Shown here one piece after another: positions 1 to 11,792 of a stretch of DNA of 64,000 bases. The position numbers and the translations under genes were made by a program. Every line of letters begins with the position of its first letter. Position 1 is the stretch's first letter. The DNA is from Sphagnum compactum (taxonomy: Eukaryota), in assembly GCA_965153455.1 (NCBI GenBank), contig OZ234493.1:8422213-8486212 (forward strand), given 5' to 3'. The notes below the pieces were generated by a model. It saw only the letters and a program-made list of their open reading frames with translations. It did not search any database and was not told the origin of the DNA.

Positions 1-59
1 TGAGTGTTAGTGTCTCTGTCTTACAGTACGCCATTCCATAGTGTGCTCCTATGTTATGC

Positions 60-241
60 TGTGAAAGGCTTGAAACAAGTGCAGTGTGGGATTAGAAACC
101 CTACAATTGAAGCAAAGCTCATTTTGCCATTTGCCCCTGTCTACAGTACACACCATATAGTGTGGCCCCTTGTTTGTGAAAGGGCCTGAAACAAGTGTGG
201 GATTAGGAGCCTGGTGATTGAAGCAAGCTCATTTTGCCATT
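60..241. repeat. Degenerate direct duplication (~115-bp period)
   Basis: tgtgaaagg..tgaaacaagtg..gtgggattag..attgaagc(a)aagctcattttgccattt occurs twice. Confidence 0.75.
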
Positions 242-2384
242 TGTTTGCATCTACCACTTACGGTTGTAAAAGCAACTTCTATGACTTGCAAGAGAGTTTC
301 TTCCAGCTCACTCACCCACCCTGATCCATGATGGTTGTGGGCCTTGAGATTGTGAACATGAATATCTCCATTTTCTTTCAGCCAATTCCAAAAACAATGG
401 AATAAGATAAACTCATCTTTGTCCTCCTCTCTCCAAACACAAAGATACAGGCTCTCTCTTTTTCTGGATCCAAATAGAGTCTGTTGTATAGCCTCCTGTG
501 TTGACAAAGTGTATGTGAGCATCAAGTTGCTACACACCAGTGTTGGGAAGTTCTTTGATTTTGATAATAACTGCTGGATTGGGACCGGCTCAGTAAGCTA
601 GGTGAATGAGTTTCTTCCACAAGGTGCAATAAGCCAGGTCTTTATTAACATAGCTTTTGCAAAAACTTTTCCTTTTGGTAAATGCTAAGGGTGTTCAATT
701 GAGAACATTCTGAAACTCTAGTGCTTACAACGGGCATTTACCAGTACCTGCATTGTTTGTGAGCCAATGCTCAGTAAAGTGGCTATTCTTGGTTCATAGC
801 TTCCAATATGCTGGTCGTTCTGGCCAGATTCCTCAGCATGTCATTCGACACGAGCTGCTATGGTTAACGCTGGGTCTGCCCAAATTCCCCAACATGATTT
901 GGGACAAGAGCTGCCATCAATAGCTACAAACATAGCTATAATGTTCATCAAAGCCAGTGTGGCCTGGCCAGTATTGTGCGCTGCCAGTAGACACAGATGG
1001 GTTCAAAATTAATAGAGAAATAAAATCCACATAACTATACTACTTCACAGCCGGACATGTAGCTTAAAGTTAATATGTTACAGTTTCACTTGCATCCTCA
1101 CTGTTTCTGCAATGAGGTTATTGCCCAGAACACAAGTTGGGGCTTATACATCGGGCAAGACATCAGTGTGTACCTTTTGCACAAAGAACAACCTTTCCTG
1201 TCTGGAAGTGAAATGACAGCATTCTCTTATCCATGTACACCTCATGAGGATAAGGAGGCAGTTGTCAGTAACTGAAAGCTTCACAAAGGTGCTGCTGTAC
1301 ATGTTATCAGAATGACATTTCTACCATGAATAGCAGCTCTCTATAAAGTAGTTAACTACTCTACAACCAGGGAATGCAACCAACAAATAGCTAATAATCC
1401 AGGAGTTTACAGTCTGAGACCAAGATAATTTAAGACAATTCCTGTGACTGACCTGCAAAAAAACAATTGAGAGAAACTCTTCAAGTGAATGTGTGAAGAA
1501 TGCTCTGGAGCAATCGTAAAGAAATTACTAATACTAAGAGAGAACTGAAAACGTACAAAAAAGCAACTCCATTAATTTATTATAAGGCCTTCAAAGGTCC
1601 TGTGAGGAAATAATGATGATCATCAACAGCCTACAAACTACACACCCATGCCCAATTGAGCCTTCACAAGCAGGTAATCCACTTATGATTCATCACGGAT
1701 GCATGGCCATACATAATACCAGCAAGACCCGATTCCAACCTTTCTCCCATATATATCACACTCAAATGACTCACAACGCTTGCAACCTCCCGTTTCTCTC
1801 TTTTAACTTTCACCTGTACAGATTCGTGGCACTTTCAACGAGGCTCCAGCCAGTGGAGATGAAGTGGCCTTGGGCCAAAATTTCAGTCTTGCACCTCCCC
1901 TTGCAGATAGGTAGGGAGCCTAAAAACTAGTGCCTTGATTGAGAAACATATGTGTTCTATTTTTTATTTGCCGATACATTCAGAAGCAACCTGCCCTGCC
2001 CTTTTGTACAATTCCCTAAGCTTTAGCTGCATTTGCTAAAGACCAACACTTGCACAGTTCTCTACAATTTGTGGAGAGAGATTCACACCAACCAGTAAAT
2101 TGCAGCAGACTTCTTTCACTGGCCATTAAAGCCCTCCTGTGCAGGTGGCCAGAGTTGTGCCTACAACATACACTTGTGAGCTTAGTTCCTCCTCACAAAC
2201 TTCAAAAAAGTTTGCCATCTCTTATGAAACCTCAATGGCACACAAAAACCTTGAATTTGATGTTAAGAGCGCTCAGAGCTTGATTAGGGCTGAAATGGAT
2301 ATAAACCACAGCAGGGCCCACCATCATAGCCCCCTCACCCTGACAACTTCAGGCAGAACGGGTACAAAGCCCAAAGAGACCGTG

Positions 2385-5300
2385 TCACTCTTTCTCTCCC
2401 TCTGGAGACAAAGTGTGCATGAAAGCTTGGCCACCAGAGATACCCCCATACACTAGCCCATCTTTGCTGCTGCTGCTTGCTGAGGGGCTCCCCTGGTGGC
2501 TTCCTCCAATTTGCACATTGACACCCATTGGGAACGGCTCCTACAACAGCCATTCCACACTCTCATTGGTTGCTATCCAGTTGGTTACTTCTTTCACCTC
2601 ACATTGTCCAACTTTCCCACACAGAGAAGTCAGAAAAGGATCAGAATGGACCAATTCCAGATACAACTTCTCAAAATGGGTCTAAGTCTAGCACTGATTA
2701 TTGTTACAATTGCATTTTTCAGGGGGGTGTGATGGCAAAAGACCAACCAATCAGACATTAAAAGGCCTGTAGAAAGTACTGGTAACATACTAGGCAGCAG
2801 GTCAGTTGAATCCATAAACAGTACAAGGCCCACATGATTAATCATTATCATAGCTCATAAGAACTATAGATGGCTGTCTTTTGAGCACAGGTTGAAGATC
2901 AGCTTACATGTGAAAAAGGGAGCACCTAAACAACAGCAAAATATTATAGGTTTCTAAGGTTTCCTGATTGTGGAGTGAAAGTGGATTGCTACAAAGCTGC
3001 TGCCAGATGTGAGTGCATTCTTTGCCAGAGTAGTGAAAGAAAATGTTCTTTAGCAAATCAAAATCCAAGTAACTGTAGCCAAGGTGATAGATAGCTACCA
3101 TATGTATGACATTGTAGAGAAAATTCCACACTTTGAGAGAACTATTGTGTCACTTCCACCCAAACCAAAACAAACACAATGACAATGAGTGCAGTCATAA
3201 CCTTGAGAGCACCACCCACAAAGTATCAGACCATCACCTTGGTAGATATTTAACCATGGGCAAAATAACGGACAAAGGAAGATGGAAGAATCAGGGGTTC
3301 CAAGAAGCATTCTTGACAGCAAACTGTGAAACAGCAAATGAAAATACAACCACCCACTGCAGAAGCCTTCTCTTTGATAATGGAGTCTGCATCTTACGTC
3401 CATACCATACCAAGGAACTTCTGTGCCCAAGTGGTTATCTCAATAGCTCACAAACCAAAAGACTTGTCTGACAATCAGCTAGTCTACCAAACCAGATATC
3501 TATTCTGAAGCAACTTGAAGTCAAGATTCCCATAACCCTCTTTTCAATACCAAAGAGCATGCATTATTGAACTTTGATGGACATATGACCTACATCCTAA
3601 TAAGAGTTAAAAATTGTCTCCATAATCTAAAAAGCAGGACTAATGCAAGAGAAGCAGTGGGATCAAGCACTCTCAAAGCAACAGAAACAGAGATCCCCTG
3701 CCAGTAAGCAGCAACCCACAATGAAAGCACATGCTCTTAAAGACACATAAAACTCACAGGTGAAGGCAGTTGCTAATTCCAGCAGTTGGGGGTACCTGAT
3801 CTCCAACATGTGGCCCCTCTGAATGGAAAAGAATAGGGCGGCATCGCTTATCCTCGTTCATCAGACTGGAGTTCTGAAAATGTGCAACAAGGGCAGCTTT
3901 GCCCTGAATGCGTGCATATGCAAGAGATGCAACTTTCTCACTGTTGAACTTCTCCCATTTTTTCCCATTAAAGGCCTGCCAGTGAGAAGCAACCAGTCCT
4001 CATTAGCCTGACACAGAAAACATGAGCACAAATTCCAGTATGTGCACACATTTCATCCTTCTCTTGCAAGCAATATGTGTTCACATAAGGTAAAACCAAC
4101 ATAAGTCATGAGTCCAAGGCCCCCAGGCAAGTTCCTAAATGTAAATGTCCTGAGACTGGTCCATGATTTGAGGTGTGGTGCAAACCCACCTGATAGAATG
4201 GTACGATACGGGAAGGTGCTATCATGTTGATGAAGGCATAACCCACATTACACTTATTCTGCAATCATGTTCCCCAATCCCTCGCCTTAGCAAAGATGGA
4301 CAAATCAGTGACCCAAATGAAAAACACAAGGTTTGTCCTGTTTTGGTAGCAACTTCTGCATCCTCATGTCTTTTGCATCCACTAACATTGACCAACACAG
4401 ACCACACTTCTACCTTGAAGTCAATTGGCAGATAAATGAAATCGTAAGTTCCACGGTGGTTTTCATCAATGGCTGCAAGCAACATCTTCGATGTGTATCT
4501 GCAAAGCAATCAAATGAAGATCAACTGCCTAGCATAGGTACCTAGTACACTGCAACAATATAGAAACAGCTTTCACAGCTGTGCACAGAAAATGGTCACC
4601 CAATTGAATGCATAGGCTTGTCAGACTACCAAACCCAAGAGTCCAGAATAAGTCACACAGATACAAGAAGAATGTCCTGAAAGGAACTTACTTGTTAGGG
4701 ATGTTTTTTATCATTAAAGTTGTCCTAGGGTCCTCCCCACGCAATATACGGTCCAAGTCCAGTTGATACTGTTTCTTGTTCTCTGCTTGAGCAGTTAGGC
4801 TCTCACCCCTGCGACTCCGACCATGATCATTCAATCCATCCATGGAGCCTGAGACTGGTCCCAGAAGTCCTCCATTCACAAAAATGCGTGCACGTTGTTG
4901 TGGTGACATGACACTCAGACTTGGGGAAGAAGAACTGTGCTCTAAAGCAGGCACCATGTTCATCAAACCATGGCTTCCTCCGATATTGATTGCATGGGCT
5001 CCACTGTTTCCACCGATACCCATGCTTCCACCTGACCCAGAACCCATCAGTGATGATGACTCAGGTGACTCACCTAGATAGCTATGCCGCCTCTCAATTT
5101 GAGAAGGCTCCCCTGCTGGAGCTGAACCAATGTGGTGGCGGGACAAAATTGTGTTCATGAGATTCCCCTGGGATGCAGAGTATGCATTAGATTGCAAATG
5201 CATCTGGCTGTTGTGACTGAAGGACTGTCCAACGGATGATGTATTTGGCCAAAGCACTGGAGGGGAACTTTGTGTGTGTTGGTGGTATGGGCTTGGGTTT

Positions 5301-8300
5301 CCCCACAAAAACTGGTTACCAGACAATGAACCATTCCCATTTGAGCTTGAGCTTGGAAAAAGATATGCCCCTGTACTGGAGACACCTGGCAATGGAACCA
5401 CTCAGAAGAGATTGAATTAACAAGAGGTTCTCAAGGGACAGTGTTAATGCTCTTCCCTCTTTTTCCAGACATGTGCTCTGACATTTGTGTGTGCAGGATC
5501 TTAAGCCCCATACTTGTTGAGTGCCTACAAGCAAGCAAGCAACCTTCAACAATCCTAGAAATAAATTATAATACAACCACACATACAAGTGGCAGCTCAA
5601 AGATCAAGGTGTTTTCAGAGCCAATTCAGAGGAGAAGGAGTAGCACACCTCGGTTGGCATGATCTAAGGACGAGTTGTCATTCAGGCTCCCACTGATCGA
5701 GTGCTGCAAACGACTTCCTTCTCCAAACCCTTCACGGGATCTCAAGGCTGCTGTACTGGAACCAGAAGTACCAGATACTGAAGAAAATAAGTGCCCAGGA
5801 TTTATAAGGCCCTTGCCATATTCTGGGAGAGATTGTGGGTGGTGAGGAGGCAAATGATGTCCCAAACCTATGTGCCCTAGGGAATGGCCAGCTTCCATCT
5901 GGGTTGATTGCGCCACATGACTGCCAATAGTTCCAACTCGAATGGGCGAAGAGATATGAGGAGGCAAGCTGACAGATCCACTCAGAGGCTTGTTGCCCAA
6001 TGTTTGAAAATTCCCAAGTGGTAAAGAGTGATGCATTGGACGTAATGACCCATTTTCAACTGTGGAGCTAACAGAACCCCATATGGTAGGATGGCCTGGA
6101 AGGAATGACAAAATAGCAAATTCTTTCAGTTGTTGATCCCCCAATATTGCCAGAAAAGTTTAGATGCTCTCTCTGACGCCATCTCTAATAAATCTTATAA
6201 TTCCCAGCAACCTGATCCTCTGGTAACTCCTACTTCTCATCTGCATTGGAACCTATCGTGCACATGAAACAATACAAGAAGAAGAAAATGTTTGATGTAA
6301 ACCTGGTGGAGAGCTGTTCAGCGGGGAGTGAGATTGCTGACGAATGGGTCGAATTTCATCTGGTTCTACATCCTGACTTAGCTGCTGCAGCAAACTGATT
6401 CAAAAAAAGTATAAATCAGATACTTCTCTTGAAAAAGGCACATATAAAATTTCAATCTCTCATACCCAGCAGATTGTCTCTCCTATTTCTTCCATCCAAG
6501 GATAAAAGAATAGTAAACAGAAGCAAAACATGACAGTTTCCTGGTGGCTGCAGAACTACTTCTAGAACTAGTGGACTGGATGAAATTATCTGGAGCAAAT
6601 GATCATTGAGTGAGCACTCAGAGAAATCCCATCCACAATCTACTCCATCCGGCCCAGTTGATGCTGTGAGAATATAAATTGTCAGATTGAGGCACACTTG
6701 CTTAAGAAAACTATGGCATGCTCTTGCTTAACCTCACAGAGGCTGGAAATCATCCTCTTGATCCTTTCACCATGATATGAAGCACATGATCCAACTATCC
6801 AGCAAAAAATTATAAGCCGACAATAGCAAACACCTGTGCTTCATATGGCCTTCGCAATTAGCATCCAAACATCGACCTATTTCGACAACGCCTGCATGTG
6901 CTTGGAAGAAGAATGCAAAGCAAAGTACCTGCATCCCCCATGAGGGCTACTGCCTTGTAGGCTAGTTCACTGAAAGACTTAAGAAGGGGACCCGGTTTTC
7001 TGAAGATGACCATGTTTACCTCTTCCAATAATTATGATACATATATGGCCCTATATCATGGGTGGGCTTGGATATGGCAAATATTAGACACTGAATCTCA
7101 TAGACAGTTCAGAATATCTGACACAGATCATAAGAACACAATGGAAGATCTGCAATGTCTGGCAGTAGACATGGAACGTCAGACACACCTGCGCCGGGCC
7201 CCACCAGGGCGACTAGGCTCCAGCTTGATACGCTTCCCAGCTATGTCACTCCTGTTCAAAGCACGCAGAGCTGCCTCAGCTGCCCTCACATCATAGAACT
7301 CAATGAATTTGTGATGCCGCTTGTGTGGTGTCTCTCGTATCTGCAGCAACATGAAAAATTAAAAATGGACAAATTGCTTGCTCTGAGCACTGGAAGGTCT
7401 TGAAGGCTTCAGAGCATCATTGTCCACAAAGACCAAAGTATAATAAAACTATATGTATCTTTCATAAGAATAGAGAAATCTCCATTCTCACAATGAAGAA
7501 GAAACAGCAAGGCTAACACGTCGTCAGGAAGCCACAGAAAGAACCAAACAAGGGGAGACAAAAAACAAACAAAAAACAAAAAACACACACCAGTATGAAC
7601 AAAAGTGCCAGTCTCACACCTGTTCAGGGACCATCAACAGTAGTATGTATGATAGTGACTTAACTATCACAACTTCCCCACTGTTTTCATCAGCTCCCTA
7701 CAGTGGGTAAAGGCCGGTGACAAGCACCATTCTATGAACTGAGTTTCTGCTGCAATTCCGGAAGCAACAGGAAGACTCAGCCATACTACTGGCTAGCAAC
7801 AGACCCCACCACAAAGACCAGACAAAGAAACAAAGAAAGACAGAAAGGGAAAAGAACAGGGAAAGACTAAGAACAAGTGGGCTTACAGAAAGCTCCCCAC
7901 TTACATGACCCGAAGCAAAATCATTCTGAAAATGCCAAAAGCGGAAATTCCAAACAGGAATTTTTCTTTAAGAACCAACCCTCTAGTTCTCTTTAGAAGA
8001 ACTTTTAAAGGGTAGCCTTTTGCCTTCAGAAAGACAATAAGACTGACCATCTGGAAGACAAAAAACTCCTTACAACTAAGTCTCAAGAATCTGTAAAATA
8101 GACTATTGATAACCCCCAGCTTCGCAGTCATTGAGATATTGGAATGAACATGAGGCATTCTAATCATTTCAATACCTGCATACTCTGGTTGAGAGCATTT
8201 GTCAAAAATGTCACAGGATAAACCTTGAGGACTCTGTCTCACAGTTAAATCCAAGAAATTACAAGAGAAGCCTTTAGACGTCAATTCAACTCACAAGAGG

Positions 8301-11300
8301 TTTTTGGGTATATGCCGCTACCAAAAGAGTCTTGGTTAAGGTACATGAAGTTCTCAAAATCTGGAAAATCAGGAACAAAAAGATCATCCACAAACCTACA
8401 AACCAAGGACAAACTATGAAGCACAACAGGACATGTGTTACTCTTCAAGAGACGCTTAATAAAATCAAATTCATAGGTGAAGAGATAGAAATTAGCCAAA
8501 TAGACCGCACAATTTGTACCCATGGGGATACCAATGCATTGTCTATAAACACCCTGACCAAAACAAAGAAACAAATTGTCTAATAAGAAATCCAGCCAAG
8601 AGATCAAATCTGAAGCCTCCGCAACTTTGAAGCTATGAAGATTTTCAAACAAATTGATCTCTGCTTTATTTTTCAGCCACAAAAACCTAAAATTCAAAGC
8701 TGTTTGAAAACTTCAACCATCAAAAACTTAAAACGATGAAGCTTCAGCATCCAATTAAACACTTTATTTATCAGAACTCTCATACGAGCTTTTAGATCCA
8801 CTAGGTCAATTTTAGTGTATAGAGTTGAGAAATCAAAAGACTGCAACAGAAGTGGGGAAGCTTTATCAATTTCAGATCTCGAACGATTAAGATTATTTAT
8901 TACCTCCACCACTCCTGTAGAGTCATTGAGAATCCAACTACTATCACAAGGAACATCTGCTTTTTTGAGTTTAGACACCCAAAGGTCATTGACCGTAGGA
9001 ATCATAGCTTTGAAGAAAGAACACAGCCACTTAGAAACATCACTCAGAGAAGTAGAGCTGGCTGCACAGATAAATCTAGGTTGAATTGGTTTTTTATGAA
9101 ACTTCCAAACCACACAAAGAAACGGGAGACGAGGGCCACACTTAACAGTTTTAAAATTATGAGCCTTATTAAAAGAGAGATGAAAATTCAGAATATCAGA
9201 TTGGGCAAGATTGGAGACCACATATGCACCAACAGGAGACTTAAGCTCAGAGAAAACAGAAGAAACATAAAACTTTTTACAAACAAACAAAAAGTTGTTA
9301 CAACATTTATCCATGTAAGTAATGACAAAGGACCATTGGAGAATCTTTAGGTGATCCAGATCTCCTCAAGGAACAGACAAAGAAGAATCAGAAGAGGTTT
9401 GAACCACGAAGGAAGCACGAGTCCTCTTCTGTACAAACAAAAGAACTTTGGCTTTCCACTCACTTAATATCCCTTGAACTCCTAGAAGCTCTTCTTGCTT
9501 GTTGACAAACTTCTTAAGACCTTTATCAATAGCTTCTTCAATAGACAACATAGACAAGAAGCCACTTCTGAACTTAGTGCCCCTAGAGAAGAGTTCAATT
9601 AGGCTGGGCCTTGAAAGGATATTAAGGTTAGCAGAAATAACATGACCATGATGGGAATCAACAAAACTAGGGAAACGAAAACAAGCACAACCAGAGTGAA
9701 TAATTTTATTAACTTGAGAAGCACGAACAGATCTTCCAAACGCCCCATAGCTGAAAAACTCTTGACCAGAAGTTTTGACATATTTCCAAGCAACTGAGGG
9801 ATGGGACCAAAATCTTCTAACAAAAGGAGGAAGACAATCTAGCACAGAAGGAAGGTTTAAAATGGAAGAGAGATTCAAACCATCCATACGAGAAGAAACA
9901 AAAACAGAGATAATGAGATCTCTGCCTAGGAAAGAGGCACTTGACGAGAAAGAACGAGGAACATTTCTCTCAATAAAAAAGCTCAGAATTTTAGACAATT
10001 GTAAAGCATGGCCAACATCAAGACTGAGAACAGAAGGAGAAAACTCAGACAGCAACAAAAGCATATGAACCAAATTCTTGGTCTTATAAGAAGGCTTCAG
10101 GGCATCATTGTGCACAAAGACCAAAGTATAATAAAACTATGAAGCAAATGACCAGAAGTGTGGATACAACCACTTCACCATCAGATATGAATAATGACTT
10201 CAACTGAATGCCTTACTCTGTTCTAAAACACTCATCCACACAAATGGAACACAAAGAAAAGGCAGCTTACCTCTTTCACCTCTCCATAACCACCAAAAAT
10301 ATGTCGAAGGTCATCATTGGATACAGATGCATCCAGATTAAATACCACTAGGGTACCCTGATTGACATCTTTATCTGAAGGATTATCCTGCACTCACAAC
10401 ACCAAACAACAGTATGATCCTCTGTCAGTGCTGGATGCAAGACTTCAGTCAACAGACTATTCCAAGTTTGAATGTATGAATCAACAATCTGGCAGTGTCT
10501 GAGACACAGACCAACACTGTTCTGATGCCAATGGTACCTTGGGAATTGAGAAATGAATGTCCAATTTGCGTCGCCTGAGTGGTTTATTCTGGAGGGCACG
10601 CATGGCACTGCGTGCTGCCCGGATGTCATAGTATGAAATCATTACAAATCCACGATGCTTACAAGCTGTGTAAAGTGTGCGAATTGCACCATATTGCTGC
10701 CAGAGAAGACACCACAGCTCAAGTCATTACAACAACCAGGAAGAAGAGAGCAGTAAGAACAAGAATAGGGTGAGAGCAGGACTGAGGTGATCCTAAGAAC
10801 AAGAATAGGGTGAGAGCAGGACTGAGGTGATCCTACTTCGAAAAGAGTTCGCAGTTCTGTATCCTCAACATTGCTGTTAATATTCCGGACAAAAAGAGTC
10901 CTAGATGGATGCTCTCCATAAGGATGCTCGCCAGCTACAGATCCTGCAGCATTTGCTGCTGCTTGCTGGCCTGCAGCTCCTCCTGTGATGCTGTCCCCTC
11001 CTCGATTGCCACTCATGTACAAACCCATTGGATCCTGTAAGTCACCCTCAAGTTCCATGCCTCCTCCACTGCTGAAGAGGTCAAAATCCTCTGTCTCTTC
11101 CCCATTGTTTAAGCTCATGATGCCATCAAAATCATCAGTCACACCAGCCAAAAGCTCCTCCTCATCATCTGGGAGAAGGTTACCAATGGTGTGTAATTCA
11201 AGTTCCTGCAATGTACTAAAATCATCATCCCCCTCGAGGTTCCCAATCAAGTGCGAAGCAGGAGTATCCAATGACTGACCAAAGCCTGTGTCTGAACCTG

Positions 11301-11792
11301 ATAGCCTCACTGCAAAACAAATCCTTGGAAAAGTTATGTTGCTGGAAGTGCAGGCACTGCAAGTTTGCACACAGACATCTCAACCCACCAGAAATATATA
11401 CATACCAGACAAGACCTGATGAAGAAGATCTTACATTTGTCTTGGAAGAAAGCTGGAAAAGTGGCAGATAAGCTCCTGGCATCAATCCCACCAGCATACG
11501 AGTCCAAATTCTCAAGGTTCCCATTGATAAGAGGAGACGAGGACAAGCCTGTGATTTCCCTCATTCCACCTATATCGCTTGTGTTGCTCCAAGAGTAGGA
11601 TGAAATACCAGACTGCATTCGTTCTTGTCCAACAACCCCCCACTGATCCAAATTCTGCATCACACTGTGTGGACTTCCCTTTGCCCAATCCTGATTACTT
11701 AGAGACCATTCCTGGTGCCAGGAATCCACATGCTGCCCCATGCCAGTAGGAGGATTTGAGTATCCAGGAGGTGCTCGACTCCCTGTATCCAT
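2385..11792 (-). CDS. AML: MEI2-like RNA-binding protein (RRM1, RRM2, C-terminal Mei2-type RRM3), 12 coding exons, ~993 aa
   Basis: Exons (minus): 11792-11435, 11309-10837, 10696-10538, 10387-10271, 7340-7189, 6394-6303, 6095-5649, 5385-4692, 4498-4414, 4258-4190, 3975-3796, 2540-2385. All introns GT-AG and the frame is preserved. Motifs: GEHPYGEHPSRTLFVRNINSNVED (RRM1), IRETPHKRHHKFIEFYDVRAAEAAL (RRM2), RTTLMIKNIPNKYTSKMLL...YLPIDFKNKCNVGYAFINM...KWEKFNSEKVASLAYARIQG (RRM3). The start codon choice is less certain than the internal exons. Confidence 0.93.
7402..7452. repeat. 51-bp direct repeat, copy 1 (copy 2 at 10090-10140)
   Basis: gaaggcttcag[a/g]gcatcattgt[c/g]cacaaagaccaaagtataataaaactat; 49/51 identical to 10090-10140. 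Confidence 0.95.
7607..7793 (-). other. Putative structured RNA domain in the 3' UTR of the Penelope-like element
   Basis: Manual folding of the minus strand: closing helix GCCAGU/ACUGGC enclosing five hairpins; loops containing AGGGA and UCCCU are complementary. Confidence 0.55.
7901..10089 (-). pseudogene. Disrupted reverse transcriptase ORF of the Penelope-like element
   Basis: One in-frame TGA at 9368-9366 (ORFs 10124-9366 and 9314-8694 share a frame) and frameshifts near 8710 and 8284. Terminal TAA at 7903-7901. Confidence 0.85.
10090..10140. repeat. 51-bp direct repeat, copy 2 (copy 1 at 7402-7452)
   Basis: Same sequence as 7402-7452 with two substitutions. Confidence 0.95.
10754..10835. 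repeat. Perfect 40-bp tandem duplication in MEI2-like intron 2
   Basis: taagaacaagaatagggtgagagcaggactgaggtgatcc at 10754-10793 and 10794-10833. Confidence 0.95.

Larger units (their letters stand above)
7402..10140 (-). mobile_element. 5'-truncated Penelope-like retroelement (Naiad/Chlamys-type CxC linker + RT) in intron 4 of the MEI2-like gene
   Basis: Joined ORFs 10124-7901 encode CAC...HHGHVISANL...LFSRGTKFR (CxC linker), FVITYMDKCCNNFLFVCKKFY, KFHKKPIQPRFI, SFDFSTLYTKID (motif A), YRQCIGIPMGTNCAVYLANFYLFTYE (motif B'), RFVDDLF (motif C), NFLDLTV, and a PLE-type thumb ending KGYP. No GIY-YIG domain follows the RT. Bracketed by a 51-bp direct repeat. Confidence 0.85.

Noticed and set aside
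229-1300. Protein-like minus-strand stretches, including ORF 537-229
   Set aside because: Interrupted by stops and no family recognised; cannot support a call.
7455-7695. Hammerhead ribozyme suggested by CUGAUGA (7693-7687) and CUGACGA (7527-7521) on the minus strand
   Set aside because: Neither is followed by a closed stem II plus GAAA and a stem III/NUH site in canonical arrangement.
7630-9368. Selenoprotein recoding: in-frame TGA at 9368-9366 plus a SECIS-like AUGA...GA hairpin in the 3' UTR, as in some Naiads
   Set aside because: Land plants lack selenocysteine machinery, the TGA is easily explained by CGA>TGA decay, the ORF also has two frameshifts, and the helix geometry does not fit a SECIS.
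7901-10124. Group II intron maturase, retron or LINE identity for the intronic RT
   Set aside because: The GxPMG..LAN and DFSTLYT motifs, CxC linker and thumb match Penelope-like RTs; no apurinic endonuclease or group II domain V was seen.
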